NCBI GenBank assembly: GCA_964588385.1
Contig: CAZPPG010000016.1
Location: forward strand, 1,060-65,059
DNA length: 64,000 nucleotides
From: an uncultured Phycisphaeraceae bacterium
GTDB lineage: Bacteria; Planctomycetota; Phycisphaerae; Phycisphaerales; UBA1924
Direction of reading: 5' to 3'
The translations under genes and the position numbers were made by a program. The notes beneath the pieces are model-generated. The model saw nothing but the letters and a program-made list of their open reading frames with translations, was not told the DNA's origin and ran no database searches. This document shows positions 9,627 through 19,260 of the stretch, one piece after another (within the stretch, counting starts at the first letter, position 1; the number at the start of each line of letters is the position of its first letter).

Positions 9627-12227
9627 ATGGTCTCCACGGTCACATCCGATCGGCCCGTCGCCCCCGCGATGCCGGAGACGCACCGCCTCATCGCGAGCAT
9701 CCGTTCGCTCGTCGCCCTCCGGTCCACGCTCATCCTTGGGGGCCGGGCCCTCCTGGTCGCGTCCGCGATCTCGGTTGTCGCCGTGTTGCTCGGGAAGTTC
9801 TTCGCGTTGCCATGGGCCCGGTCGATCCTCGTCGCGTGGCCGATCCTCACCGCCCTTGCGTTGCTCGCCCTTTTCGTTGGCATCGTCCTCGGGCTCCTGC
9901 GCACACCCCGTCCGCTGGCCGCGGCCTCGATGGCCGATCGCTTCGCCGGCCCGACTGATCACCTTCGCGCCGCGCTCGAACTCTCTCAGCGCACCCCCCA
10001 GGACCCCTTTGTCGGCATCCTCCTTGCCGATGCCGAGCGTGCCGCCCGTGCGTGCCCCCCGGCCAAGGTCGTCCCCATGCGATTCGGCCGCGCGTGGCCG
10101 ATCGCCGCCCTCCTGCTCGCCGGCGCGGTCGCCGCAGCGGTGTGGGTTCCCACACGCACCCTTGATCCGCGTCGCGCCGCCCGCACCCCAGACCCGGGCG
10201 CGCCGGCCCTCGCCTCCGAGGTCGCGCGCGTCGCTCAGGAGGTCCGGGCCGCCTCTGAGTCCGTCGGTCCCGCAATCTCTCCGCGCGATGCCGAACGACT
10301 GGCGGAACTGGAACGCGAACTCCTTGACGGCTCCATCCGCACGGACGACGCACGGGCCGAGGCGGCCGCCTCCGCCGCGTCACTCGCCGATCGTGCCGAA
10401 CGCGAAGCAGAGCAGAATCGAATCGCCGCCGATCGGCTCAGAGAACTCGCCTCCGCCGCTTCGGGGCGTGCCGCGGCGAATCCGGCACCAGACGATCCTT
10501 CCGCCGATGCAACGGCGCCCGCGCCCGGTTTCGATCCATCCGAGGCCGCAGAAGCTGGAACCCCGAGCAATCCAAAGCCAGAGTCGCCCACAACACGGTC
10601 GATGCCCGATCCAAACGTCAATGAGTTGATGAACGCCCTTTCCGAGGGCGATCTGGCCCGCGCGGCCGAGGCCGCTCGGCAACTCTCCGAGCAGGCCGAA
10701 TCGCTCTCGCTCGAAGAGCGTGCCCGCATCGCTGAGCAGCTCGACGCGCTGGCCGAGGCGATGGACCAGCAGATTCCGCCTCCCGAACCCTCGTCCTCTG
10801 AGGCCACGCCACCGGCGGAGTCGAAGCCTCCTCAATCCGACCCCAGCCCGTCCCCTTCTTCCGCGCCGTCTCCCACACAGCCTCCCTCACAACCCGCCGC
10901 ACCAGCGCCCGCACAACCCCAGCCGGCACCGACCCCCGGCACAGCGCCTGAGCCATCCGAGGCGCCAGAGGATCCGATCGAGGCGCAGGCAGATGCCCAG
11001 GAGTCCGCGGCTCGTGACCGTGCTGAGTCAATCAAGCAGCAGGCGGAGCGATCCGCGGAGCGCGATGCTCGCTCCATCGCGGACGCGGCACGGGACGCCG
11101 CGGACGAGATGCGTCGGCCACCACAGCCGCCCGCTCCGTCAGATCAGGCGCAGGACGCACCCCAGGACCGGCCGGGCGAGCAGCAGGCGCGTCCCGAACA
11201 GCAGCAGGGCGTCGAGCAGCGAGGCGCCGAGCCGCAGAAGACAGGTCAAGAGCAGCGGGGCGATCAGCAGCGTCAGGGCTCTGGGCAACGAGGTGCTGAC
11301 CAGCAAGGCACTGAACAGCAGCAAGGATCCGAGGAGCGGGGCGCCGCGCGGCAGCAGACCGGCAAAGAGCAACAAGGCGAACGGCAGCAGCAGGGGTCTG
11401 AACAGCAAGGCGCGGAACAGCAACAAGGCGCAAAGCCAGAACAAGCTTCCGAGCAACAGCAGGACGCTCCACAACAGCAAGGAACCGAGCAGCAGCAAGG
11501 CGACCGGCCGCAACCGGGGTCGGAACAGCAGGGTTCCGAGCAACAGCAGAGCTCTGAACAGCGAGGCTCCGAGCAGCCAGATTCGGATCAACCCGGTTCG
11601 GAAGGTCCGGGTTCGGAGCAACCAGGCGCGCAGCCGCAGCCCCGCCCCGGCTCTGGGCTTGAGCGTCTGCAGCGCACGCTTCGGGAGGCCTCGGAGCGCA
11701 ACGCCGACGCGCGCCGCCAGCAGCAGGCCGCGGAGCGTCTGCGCGAGCTCTCTGAAGACCTCGCCGCGGGACCCGAAACGCTCCCTGAGCCCGGTTCTCA
11801 ACCGGCACCCGATAAGCGCGAAGGGGACAACGGCCTGGCGCGTGAACGCGGCACCGACAGTCCCTCCGGCGGCTCCGGTCCGCTCGACTCGCCACTCACC
11901 CCCGGCCCGCGTCCCTCGCTTGATCGTCCTCGCACACCCGGCGAGGCTCCGACATCCATCGAGAACGTGCCGGGCCCGAAGCCCAGCACACCCATCGGGT
12001 CCGGGCGGGCAGGTGGCGAACGTCCATCCGATCGCCCCGCGCCAACCGAGATCGCGCCCATCACCCCGAGCACGCTCCGCGAAGCGGCTTCGGGTGTCGA
12101 GCGCGCCATCGAGCAGCAGTCCGTCCCCGATCGACGGAGCGACCTCGTCCGTCGCGTTTTCCAGCGTTACCGCGATCGCGCCGAGTCCGCTTCATCCGGC
12201 TCGACCAACCCACCGGATCGCCCATGA
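9627..12227 (+). CDS. membrane protein with very long acidic/Pro/Gln-rich low-complexity region (DUF4175-like partner of BatA/VWA proteins)
   Basis: ATG 9627 (MVSTVTSDRP). Two or three N-terminal TM helices, then Ala/Glu/Pro/Gln-rich sequence. The C-terminal DLVRRVFQRYRD resembles the conserved tail of such proteins. Stop overlaps the next start (ATGA at 12224-12227). Confidence 0.7.
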   Translation: MVSTVTSDRPVAPAMPETHRLIASIRSLVALRSTLILGGRALLVASAISVVAVLLGKFFALPWARSILVAWPILTALALLALFVGIVLGLLRTPRPLAAASMADRFAGPTDHLRAALELSQRTPQDPFVGILLADAERAARACPPAKVVPMRFGRAWPIAALLLAGAVAAAVWVPTRTLDPRRAARTPDPGAPALASEVARVAQEVRAASESVGPAISPRDAERLAELERELLDGSIRTDDARAEAAASAASLADRAEREAEQNRIAADRLRELASAASGRAAANPAPDDPSADATAPAPGFDPSEAAEAGTPSNPKPESPTTRSMPDPNVNELMNALSEGDLARAAEAARQLSEQAESLSLEERARIAEQLDALAEAMDQQIPPPEPSSSEATPPAESKPPQSDPSPSPSSAPSPTQPPSQPAAPAPAQPQPAPTPGTAPEPSEAPEDPIEAQADAQESAARDRAESIKQQAERSAERDARSIADAARDAADEMRRPPQPPAPSDQAQDAPQDRPGEQQARPEQQQGVEQRGAEPQKTGQEQRGDQQRQGSGQRGADQQGTEQQQGSEERGAARQQTGKEQQGERQQQGSEQQGAEQQQGAKPEQASEQQQDAPQQQGTEQQQGDRPQPGSEQQGSEQQQSSEQRGSEQPDSDQPGSEGPGSEQPGAQPQPRPGSGLERLQRTLREASERNADARRQQQAAERLRELSEDLAAGPETLPEPGSQPAPDKREGDNGLARERGTDSPSGGSGPLDSPLTPGPRPSLDRPRTPGEAPTSIENVPGPKPSTPIGSGRAGGERPSDRPAPTEIAPITPSTLREAASGVERAIEQQSVPDRRSDLVRRVFQRYRDRAESASSGSTNPPDRP
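11160..11650 (+). repeat. degenerate in-frame tandem repeat encoding G-x-E-Q-Q-type units
   Basis: Translation reads QDRPGEQQARPEQQQGVEQRGAEPQKTGQEQRGDQQRQGSGQRGADQQGTEQQQGSEERG...GSEQQGSEQQQSSEQRGSEQPDSDQPGSEGPGSEQPG. At DNA level, gaacagcag/caagg units recur. Confidence 0.6.
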
Positions 12228-15200
12228 TCGCGCCGGAGCTCGCATCCCCGTCGTCTTCGCTCCCTCTTCACTTCGAGGAGCCCTCGTGGCTCTTCCTCCT
12301 TCTGCTCATCATCCCCATCGCGTGGACCGGCCTCCGCTGGCTCTCCACCATGAGCCCGGCGCGCCGCGTGTCCGCCGTCCTGGCCCGCTCCGCGCTTCTC
12401 CTGCTCATCGCGCTCGCGCTTTCGGGCGCCAGCATCGTCGGCCGCTCCGATCGCCTCGCGCTCGTCGTCGCCGTGGATGTCTCCGGCTCCGTCGCCACCC
12501 GTTCCGACGACGCCGATGCGCCGCTCACCGCCGTCCGCGCCGCGATCGAGCGCCTCGATCTCTCCCGCGGCCCGGACGACCTCCTTGGCGTCGTCCTCTT
12601 CGACGGTCGCGCCACCGCCCTCGCCACGCCCACCCTCGGCAAACTCGGCGAACGCTCCTGGGATCTCGCACCCGCCGACGGAACCGACATCGAGTCCGCG
12701 CTGCGCCTCGCCGGCGCCCTCATCCCTCCCGATGCCGATGGACGCATCCTGCTGGCCACCGACGGCAACCAGACCTCCGGCGACGCTGTGGCCGCGGCCG
12801 CTGATCTCGGCGCGCGATCCATTCCCGTCGACGTTGTCCCGCTCGCGCCCCCCGCCGGAGGCGAGACGCTCATCGAGCGTGTAGATGTCCCGCCCCGGGC
12901 CGCCTCCGGCTCGACCATCGCAGCGCGAGTTCACATCCGATCCACCGAGGGCTCCCGGGGCACGCTGCGCATCCTGCTCGACGGCCAGCCCGTCGCGCTC
13001 GACTCTCGCGGCGAAACCTCACGCGCCCTTGATATTCCCGCGGGCACATCCATCCACCTCGCCGAGTTCCCGCTCGGCCAGGGGCGCGTCCATTCAATCC
13101 AGGCCCTCTTCGAACCCGATCGCGATGAGCAGAACGCGCCCCTCGGCGACAGCATGGCAGCCAACAACATCGGCCGCGCCGAAGTTCTCACACCCGGCAC
13201 CGGCGCGGTGCTCATCGTCGACGGCCTCGGCAACGCCGATCCCTCCTCCTCCGGCGCGGCGCTCGTCGCGCCCCTCACCCGCGCCGGGCTCGACGTCCGC
13301 ATGATCGTCCCCGAGGCCATGCCCGCCGACCTCATCGGGCTCGAGCCATTCGACCTGGTCATCCTCCAGAACATTCCCGCCTCCGCAATCACCGAGGAAT
13401 CGCAACTGGCCGTCGTCGCGTATGTCCGCGATCTGGGTGGGGGACTTGCCATGCTCGGGGGTCACGCCTCATTCGGCGCGGGCGGCTGGAAGGGCAGCCA
13501 CCTCGAGCCCATCCTCCCCGTTCTGCTCGACCTTCCCGATCGGATGGTCATCCCCGAAGCCGCCATCGTCTTCGTCCTGGACTGCTCCGGCTCCATGCGC
13601 CGGCGGGTGCTGGGCTCTTCACGCACGCAGCAGCAGGTCGCCAACGAGGCCGCCGCCATCGCCATCCGTTCCCTCGATCGCTCCGACCTCATCGGCGTCA
13701 TCAAGTTCAGCAACACTGCCGATGTGGTCATCCCCCTCGGCCCCAACACCGATCCGGACGCCTCGAGCCTGCGTGTCCTGGGCATCGATCCCGACGGCGG
13801 CACCGACGCCCGAGCCGGCCTGCTCGAAGCGGGCCGCCAACTGGAGAACGCTGACGCCAAAGTCAAGCACATCGTGCTCGTCTCCGACGGCCAGAGCATG
13901 GGCGCGGACGTGCTCCCGCAGATGGCCGCCGATCTGGCGGCAAAGGGCATCAAGATCACCACCATCGCCGTGGGCGACGATGCGGATGTCGGCACGATGC
14001 AGCAGATGGCTGACCTCGGCCAGGGCGTCTTCCACAACGTCATCAATCCGTCTCGCCTCCCGCGCGTCTTTCTCAAGGTTGTCGAGCTCGTGCGCAGCCC
14101 GCTGGTCCGCGAGGGCCGCTTTACGCCGCGCGTCCTGCCCACGGGCTCGCCGATTGTGCAGGATCTGCCCCAGCCTCCTGACCTCCTGGGCCTGGTCCTC
14201 ACGCGTCCGCGCGTCGATCCGCTTGTCACGCTCGCGATGACCGCGCCTGAGGGAGAGCCGGTTCTGGCCCACTGGCCTGTGGATCTCGGGCGCGTCGTGG
14301 CGTTCACATCCGATGCCCACGACTGGGCTGCCGAGTGGCTCCCGTGGGAGGGATACGCCCCCTTCTGGACGCGCATCGCTCGCGTCATCGGTCGCTCCAC
14401 GACCGGGGGCCCGATCGAACTCTCCGCGCGCGTCGATGGTTCGCGCATGCTGCTTGCGCTCGACGCGGCCTCCTCCGACGGGGAGCCCCTCGATGCGGTC
14501 GACGCGCGGGTCACCATCTACCGGCGCGACGCCGGCGAAGCGCCGCGTGAGGTCACACTCCGTCAGATCGGCCCTGGTCGCTACGAGGGCTCGACTGCGG
14601 CGTCGCCCGGGGCGTCCTATGTCGCGCTTGCACGCGCCCGGCAGACATTCCGGGCTGCCGATGGACGCGTGACCGAGCGTTCGCTCGCGCCCGCGCTCGC
14701 CGTCACCGTCTCGCCCCCGGGCGCGGAGTTCACACCCGGTCCGAACCCGACGCCCTTCCTGGCTCGCATCGCCGAGGTCTCCGGCGGCTCGCTCCGCGCA
14801 GACGCAGCGATCACCACGCGCGAGGCCTACGACCGCTCGACGCTCGCGCCTCGTCGCGTCATGCGCCCCCTCTGGCGTTCACTCCTCCCGTGGATCCTTG
14901 CGGTGCTGCTCATGGACATTGCCACGCGCCGCATCGCCTGGGACCGCCTCGTCAGCGATCGCTTCGGCGACGGGCTCGGCCGGCGCGCCCGAGACGCCAC
15001 GCGCCAGCGCGCCGACGAATCCGCCCGCACGCTCGGCTCCCTCCGCGCCTCGCGCACCCCGGGCCCGTCGCAGCCGATGGTCACGCTCAGCCCTCAGGAT
15101 GCCGAGCATCTCAGCCGCAGGCAGGCCTCCGATCGCCTCGCCTCGAGAATCGCCGAGGCCCGCGCCCGTATCACCAGCGCGCCCGATCCGCTCGGCCGTT

Positions 15201-15346
15201 CCGTCTCATCCGGGTCGTCGCGTCCGAGCGCCGAGACTGCTCCGCGCGACGCACCGCCCGGCGATGGGCCCGAAGAGTCCGGCCTCATGGCCGCCAAGCG
15301 CCGTGCCCGCGAGCGCATGGATCGCGACCGCGATGCCAACCCCTGA
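12224..15346 (+). CDS. BatA-domain / double VWA-domain membrane protein
   Basis: 1040 aa. The N-terminus (LHFEEPSWLFLLLLIIPIAWTGLRW plus a second TM) is the aerotolerance-regulator N-terminal type. VWA MIDAS-like motifs are VAVDVSGSV and VFVLDCSGSM...DGGTD...LVSDGQ. There is a C-terminal TM helix (LLPWILAVLLMDIATRRIAW). Confidence 0.85.
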   Translation: MIAPELASPSSSLPLHFEEPSWLFLLLLIIPIAWTGLRWLSTMSPARRVSAVLARSALLLLIALALSGASIVGRSDRLALVVAVDVSGSVATRSDDADAPLTAVRAAIERLDLSRGPDDLLGVVLFDGRATALATPTLGKLGERSWDLAPADGTDIESALRLAGALIPPDADGRILLATDGNQTSGDAVAAAADLGARSIPVDVVPLAPPAGGETLIERVDVPPRAASGSTIAARVHIRSTEGSRGTLRILLDGQPVALDSRGETSRALDIPAGTSIHLAEFPLGQGRVHSIQALFEPDRDEQNAPLGDSMAANNIGRAEVLTPGTGAVLIVDGLGNADPSSSGAALVAPLTRAGLDVRMIVPEAMPADLIGLEPFDLVILQNIPASAITEESQLAVVAYVRDLGGGLAMLGGHASFGAGGWKGSHLEPILPVLLDLPDRMVIPEAAIVFVLDCSGSMRRRVLGSSRTQQQVANEAAAIAIRSLDRSDLIGVIKFSNTADVVIPLGPNTDPDASSLRVLGIDPDGGTDARAGLLEAGRQLENADAKVKHIVLVSDGQSMGADVLPQMAADLAAKGIKITTIAVGDDADVGTMQQMADLGQGVFHNVINPSRLPRVFLKVVELVRSPLVREGRFTPRVLPTGSPIVQDLPQPPDLLGLVLTRPRVDPLVTLAMTAPEGEPVLAHWPVDLGRVVAFTSDAHDWAAEWLPWEGYAPFWTRIARVIGRSTTGGPIELSARVDGSRMLLALDAASSDGEPLDAVDARVTIYRRDAGEAPREVTLRQIGPGRYEGSTAASPGASYVALARARQTFRAADGRVTERSLAPALAVTVSPPGAEFTPGPNPTPFLARIAEVSGGSLRADAAITTREAYDRSTLAPRRVMRPLWRSLLPWILAVLLMDIATRRIAWDRLVSDRFGDGLGRRARDATRQRADESARTLGSLRASRTPGPSQPMVTLSPQDAEHLSRRQASDRLASRIAEARARITSAPDPLGRSVSSGSSRPSAETAPRDAPPGDGPEESGLMAAKRRARERMDRDRDANP

Positions 15347-15438
15347 CCAGGGGTCGAACTTCTCGCCACCTCCGCCGCCCCGTTCTGTACACTCCGGCCC
15401 TGCCGTGCGCACCACGCGCCACGCATCGGAGATTCCTC

Positions 15439-17295
15439 ATGCCTCACCCGTCTCGACTCTCGATCCTCGGCGGCACGCTGCTCGGCCTCGTTCTCCTCAC
15501 CGGCTGCTCCATCGAACGCTCCGGAGGCACGCGCTCGCGTTCGTCGGTCCCCGTCAAGTGGCCCGCGCTCGAGCCAGTCGATCCCGCGAAGAAGCACTCC
15601 CTCCGCGTCGACTATGGCGTCATGGTTCCCATGCGCGACGGCGTGATGCTCTCCGCGGACGTCTATCGCCCGGAAGCATCCGGCCAGTACCCCGTCATCC
15701 TCTCACGCACGCCCTACAACAAGGCCGGCGCCAGCAAGGCCTCCGTCGACCGCTATCGCTCATACGTCGAACGCGGCTACATCGTTGTGATCCAGGACGT
15801 CCGCGGCCGAGGCGATTCCCACGGCGACTTTCGCCCGTGGTTCCAGGAGGGCAACGACGGCTATGACACCGTCGAGTGGTGCGGCACACAGCCATGGTCC
15901 ACCGGCAAGGTCGGCATGATCGGCGGCTCCTACGGCGGCTACACGCAATGGGCCGCCGCCGTTCGCAAGCCCCCGCACCTGGCGGCGATCGTTCCAACTG
16001 TGGCCTGCCCCGATCCCTTTGTCGACGGTCTCATCAACGGGCCCACCGGCCTTCCCTCGCCCATCTGCGTCAGTTGGTACTTCTACACGTCCGGTCGACT
16101 GAACCAGCAGTCACACGCCGTGGAGTGGGCCAAGGTCTTTGACCACCTGCCGCTCATCGAACTCGACGATCGCGCCGGCCGCCCCATGCCCATCTGGGAT
16201 GAGATCGTCACCAACAGCCGCCTGAGCCCATTTTGGGACGACGCACGCTACCAGAACCAGCTCAATCAGGTCACCATCCCCACGCTGAACATCTCCGGCT
16301 GGTACGACGACGAGCAGATCAGCACCATCACCAACTTCGCGGGCGCCATCGCAGACGGCAACCCCGGCTCTGACGGCGCGCACCACGCCCTGCTCATGGG
16401 CCCGTGGCCCCACAACGCCAACAGCGGCACGAAAGTGGGGGAGATCGAGTTTGGTCCCACCGCCAAGATCGACATGGATGCGTATGTACTGCGCTGGTTC
16501 GATCGCTGGCTGAAGGGAATCGAGAACGGCGTGGAGTCAGAGCCCCCCGTGCGCTACTTCACGATGGGCGACAACCAGTGGCGCGACGCTTCGACCTGGC
16601 CCATCCCCGGCACCACCTTCACGCCGTACTACGTTCGCAGCAACGGTGACGCCAACTCGCGCGAGGGCGACGGCACGCTCTCCACCCACCCGCCCGGACC
16701 CGCCGAACCCGCCGACGAGTACACCTACGACCCCGCCGACGCCACGCCCTTCATCACCGACCCGATGTTCAGTCAGGTCGGCGGCCCGGACGACTACTCG
16801 ACAATCGAACTGCGCGAAGACATGCTTGTGTTCACAACGCCAACGCTCACCTCGTCGGTCGAGATCTGCGGTCCGATCAAGGCCACGCTCTGGGCCTCCT
16901 CGGATGCTCCCGACACCGACTTCATGGTCCGCGTCCTCAACGTCCACCCCAGCGGCTTCTCCCAGCGGCTCTGCGACGGTGTCGTCCGCGCCCGCTTCCG
17001 GGACGGCATGGAGAATCCCACCCTCATCACGCCCGGCCAGGTCTACCAGTACGAGATCGACGTCTGGACCACCTGCCAGACCTTCCTCCCCGGCCACTCG
17101 ATTCGCATCGAGATCATGTCCGCGAGCTTCCCGCAATGGGACCGTAACCCCAATACGGGCAGAGACTTAGGCATAACGACCGAGTCCCGGCCCGCGCGTC
17201 AGACGATCTACCACGACGCCGCCCGTCCCTCTCACGTCTTGCTGCCCGTTGTGACGCGCTCTTCCGACACGCCCGTGGGCGCCGACCCATCCTGA
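15439..17295 (+). CDS. CocE/NonD family hydrolase (X-Pro dipeptidyl-peptidase S15-like) lipoprotein
   Basis: ATG 15439. Lipobox LLTGC. Contains YPVILSRTPYNKAG, VIQDVRGRGDSHGDF, and MIGGSYGGYTQW (nucleophile elbow GxSYxG). A C-terminal beta-sandwich region is present. Confidence 0.9.
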   Translation: MPHPSRLSILGGTLLGLVLLTGCSIERSGGTRSRSSVPVKWPALEPVDPAKKHSLRVDYGVMVPMRDGVMLSADVYRPEASGQYPVILSRTPYNKAGASKASVDRYRSYVERGYIVVIQDVRGRGDSHGDFRPWFQEGNDGYDTVEWCGTQPWSTGKVGMIGGSYGGYTQWAAAVRKPPHLAAIVPTVACPDPFVDGLINGPTGLPSPICVSWYFYTSGRLNQQSHAVEWAKVFDHLPLIELDDRAGRPMPIWDEIVTNSRLSPFWDDARYQNQLNQVTIPTLNISGWYDDEQISTITNFAGAIADGNPGSDGAHHALLMGPWPHNANSGTKVGEIEFGPTAKIDMDAYVLRWFDRWLKGIENGVESEPPVRYFTMGDNQWRDASTWPIPGTTFTPYYVRSNGDANSREGDGTLSTHPPGPAEPADEYTYDPADATPFITDPMFSQVGGPDDYSTIELREDMLVFTTPTLTSSVEICGPIKATLWASSDAPDTDFMVRVLNVHPSGFSQRLCDGVVRARFRDGMENPTLITPGQVYQYEIDVWTTCQTFLPGHSIRIEIMSASFPQWDRNPNTGRDLGITTESRPARQTIYHDAARPSHVLLPVVTRSSDTPVGADPS

Positions 17296-17394
17296 TCGGC
17301 GCCTCCCGTGCAGTCGGGCCCTCCCGCTGCTAATCTGAAGCCCACCGGATCAGATCTGACGCGCCATTCCGCTCAACCCGGAGTTCCATTCGCA

Positions 17395-19179
17395 ATGTTC
17401 AACGACATCATCGGCTTCATCAACGCGATCAACGGTGTCCTGTGGCATGACTATGTGCTCTACGGGGTGCTGAGCGTCGGCGTCCTCTTCACGATCTGGT
17501 CCGGCTTCAGCCAGTACCGCTCCCTCACGCACGGCGTCGCCGTCGTCCGCGGCAAGTACGACGACAAGAAAGACGCCGGCGCCATCAACCACTTCCAGGC
17601 GCTCTCCACCGCCCTCTCCGGCACGGTCGGGCTGGGCAACATCGCCGGCGTCGCCGTGGCCGTCGCGCTCGGCGGGCCGGGCGCCATCTTCTGGATGTGG
17701 ATCGTCGGACTCGTGGGCATGGCCCTGAAACTGACCGAAGTGACGCAGGCCATGCTCTTCCGCAACACCGATGATCCCGAGAACCCCCAAGGCGGAGCCA
17801 TGTGGGTATGCAAGAAGGGCTTCGCCAAGATGCACCCCGCCCTTGCTCCTTTGGGAATGGTCGTCGGCTTCATCTTCTGCATCACCGTGATCATCTCCAC
17901 CCTGACCGGCGGCAACATGTTCCAGTCCTGGTCGGTCGGACAGATCACGAAGACCTACTTCCCGTCGTTTCCCGAGGTCGGCGCAGGCGTCATCCTCGCC
18001 ATCCTCGCGGGCATGGTCATCATCGGCGGCATCAAGCGCATCGGCGCCGTCACCGGCCGCCTTGTTCCCGTCATGTGCGGCTTCTATATCCTCGGCGCGC
18101 TGGTCGTTCTGGTGATGAACGTCACTAAGATCCCCGACGCGCTCCGCCTCATCGTCGTCAGCGCCCTCCCGCCCGCGCTCGGCGGTGAATCTGCCAACCC
18201 CGTCGGCGCCTTCCTCGGCGGCACGTGGGGCTATGCCCTGTACTGGGGCATGAAGCGGGCGCTCTTCTCCAACGAGGCCGGCCAGGGCTCCAGCCCCATG
18301 GCGCACTCGGCCGCAAAGACCAATGAGCCTGTCCGCGAGGGCGTCGTTGCAGGGCTCGAGCCCTTCATCGACACCATTGTCGTGTGCACCATCACCGCGC
18401 TGGTCGTCCTCATCAGCGGCGCGTGGAACCGCGAGCCGGGCGCCACGTACGACACACCCTCCCCCATCGTTCAGGCGGTCGATGCTTCAGGTGCGCCCAT
18501 TCCCAACCATTGGGTTCCCGCCCGTACGGATGTGCCGCCCAAGAGCGAGGCGGAAGCCAAGATCAGCAACGTCTGGCGTGCCGGCGACGGCGTGTTCATG
18601 CTCGTCCGCGCCGAGGCCGATGCACGCACCGGCCGAGACGTGCATCAGTTGGCCGGACGGATTGTGTCGGGAGCCGACGGCGCCCTTCGTGTGGAATGGA
18701 ATCACTATGAGTCGGCCGTCGCGCCCACTGCGTACGACAACGGCATTCACATGAATCTCGCCGGCCCCGCTCTGACGGGCTACGCCTTCGATCGCAACGT
18801 CCCCGGCATGGGCATGCTCATCGTCACCATCGCCGCGTGGCTCTTCGCCCTCTCCACCATCATTTCGTGGGCCTACTACGGCGAGCAGGCCGTCGTGTTC
18901 ATGTTCGGCAAGTGGGCCGTCATGCCCTATAAGCTGCTGTATTGCGGCGCGTGCATCGTCTCGACCATGGGTTTCATCACCACCGATGCGGAGCTCGACG
19001 CCTTCGCCAGTCTCGGCACCGGCGTCATGCTCTGGGCCAACATCCCCATCATGCTCATCTTCGGGCCCACGGCGATGAAGGCCTATCGCGAGTACAACAA
19101 CAAGCTCAAGCGCGGCGAGTTCAAGGGCCACGCTTACCCCTCCATCGCCGACGTGGCGGAGGGCAAGGACGTTCAATAA
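17395..19179 (+). CDS. alanine/glycine:cation symporter (AGCS family)
   Basis: ATG 17395. Contains INHFQALSTALSGTVGLGNIAGVAVAVALGGPGAIFWMW and SNEAGQGSSPMAHSAAKT. Multi-TM throughout. Confidence 0.9.
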   Translation: MFNDIIGFINAINGVLWHDYVLYGVLSVGVLFTIWSGFSQYRSLTHGVAVVRGKYDDKKDAGAINHFQALSTALSGTVGLGNIAGVAVAVALGGPGAIFWMWIVGLVGMALKLTEVTQAMLFRNTDDPENPQGGAMWVCKKGFAKMHPALAPLGMVVGFIFCITVIISTLTGGNMFQSWSVGQITKTYFPSFPEVGAGVILAILAGMVIIGGIKRIGAVTGRLVPVMCGFYILGALVVLVMNVTKIPDALRLIVVSALPPALGGESANPVGAFLGGTWGYALYWGMKRALFSNEAGQGSSPMAHSAAKTNEPVREGVVAGLEPFIDTIVVCTITALVVLISGAWNREPGATYDTPSPIVQAVDASGAPIPNHWVPARTDVPPKSEAEAKISNVWRAGDGVFMLVRAEADARTGRDVHQLAGRIVSGADGALRVEWNHYESAVAPTAYDNGIHMNLAGPALTGYAFDRNVPGMGMLIVTIAAWLFALSTIISWAYYGEQAVVFMFGKWAVMPYKLLYCGACIVSTMGFITTDAELDAFASLGTGVMLWANIPIMLIFGPTAMKAYREYNNKLKRGEFKGHAYPSIADVAEGKDVQ

Positions 19180-19260
19180 CGACCGTTGAGCGTCCGGACC
19201 TTTAGGGGCCGCCATCACACCCCAAACGCTCTCGCCCGCGCGGGCGGGGCCTTTGCGCGC

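Noticed and set aside
19233-19254. Short GC hairpin (CGCCC-gcgc-GGGCG) with a TTT a few nt downstream, between the convergent symporter and phosphatase genes.
   Set aside because: The stem has only 5 bp, and the T run is short and separated from the stem. This is too weak to call a terminator.
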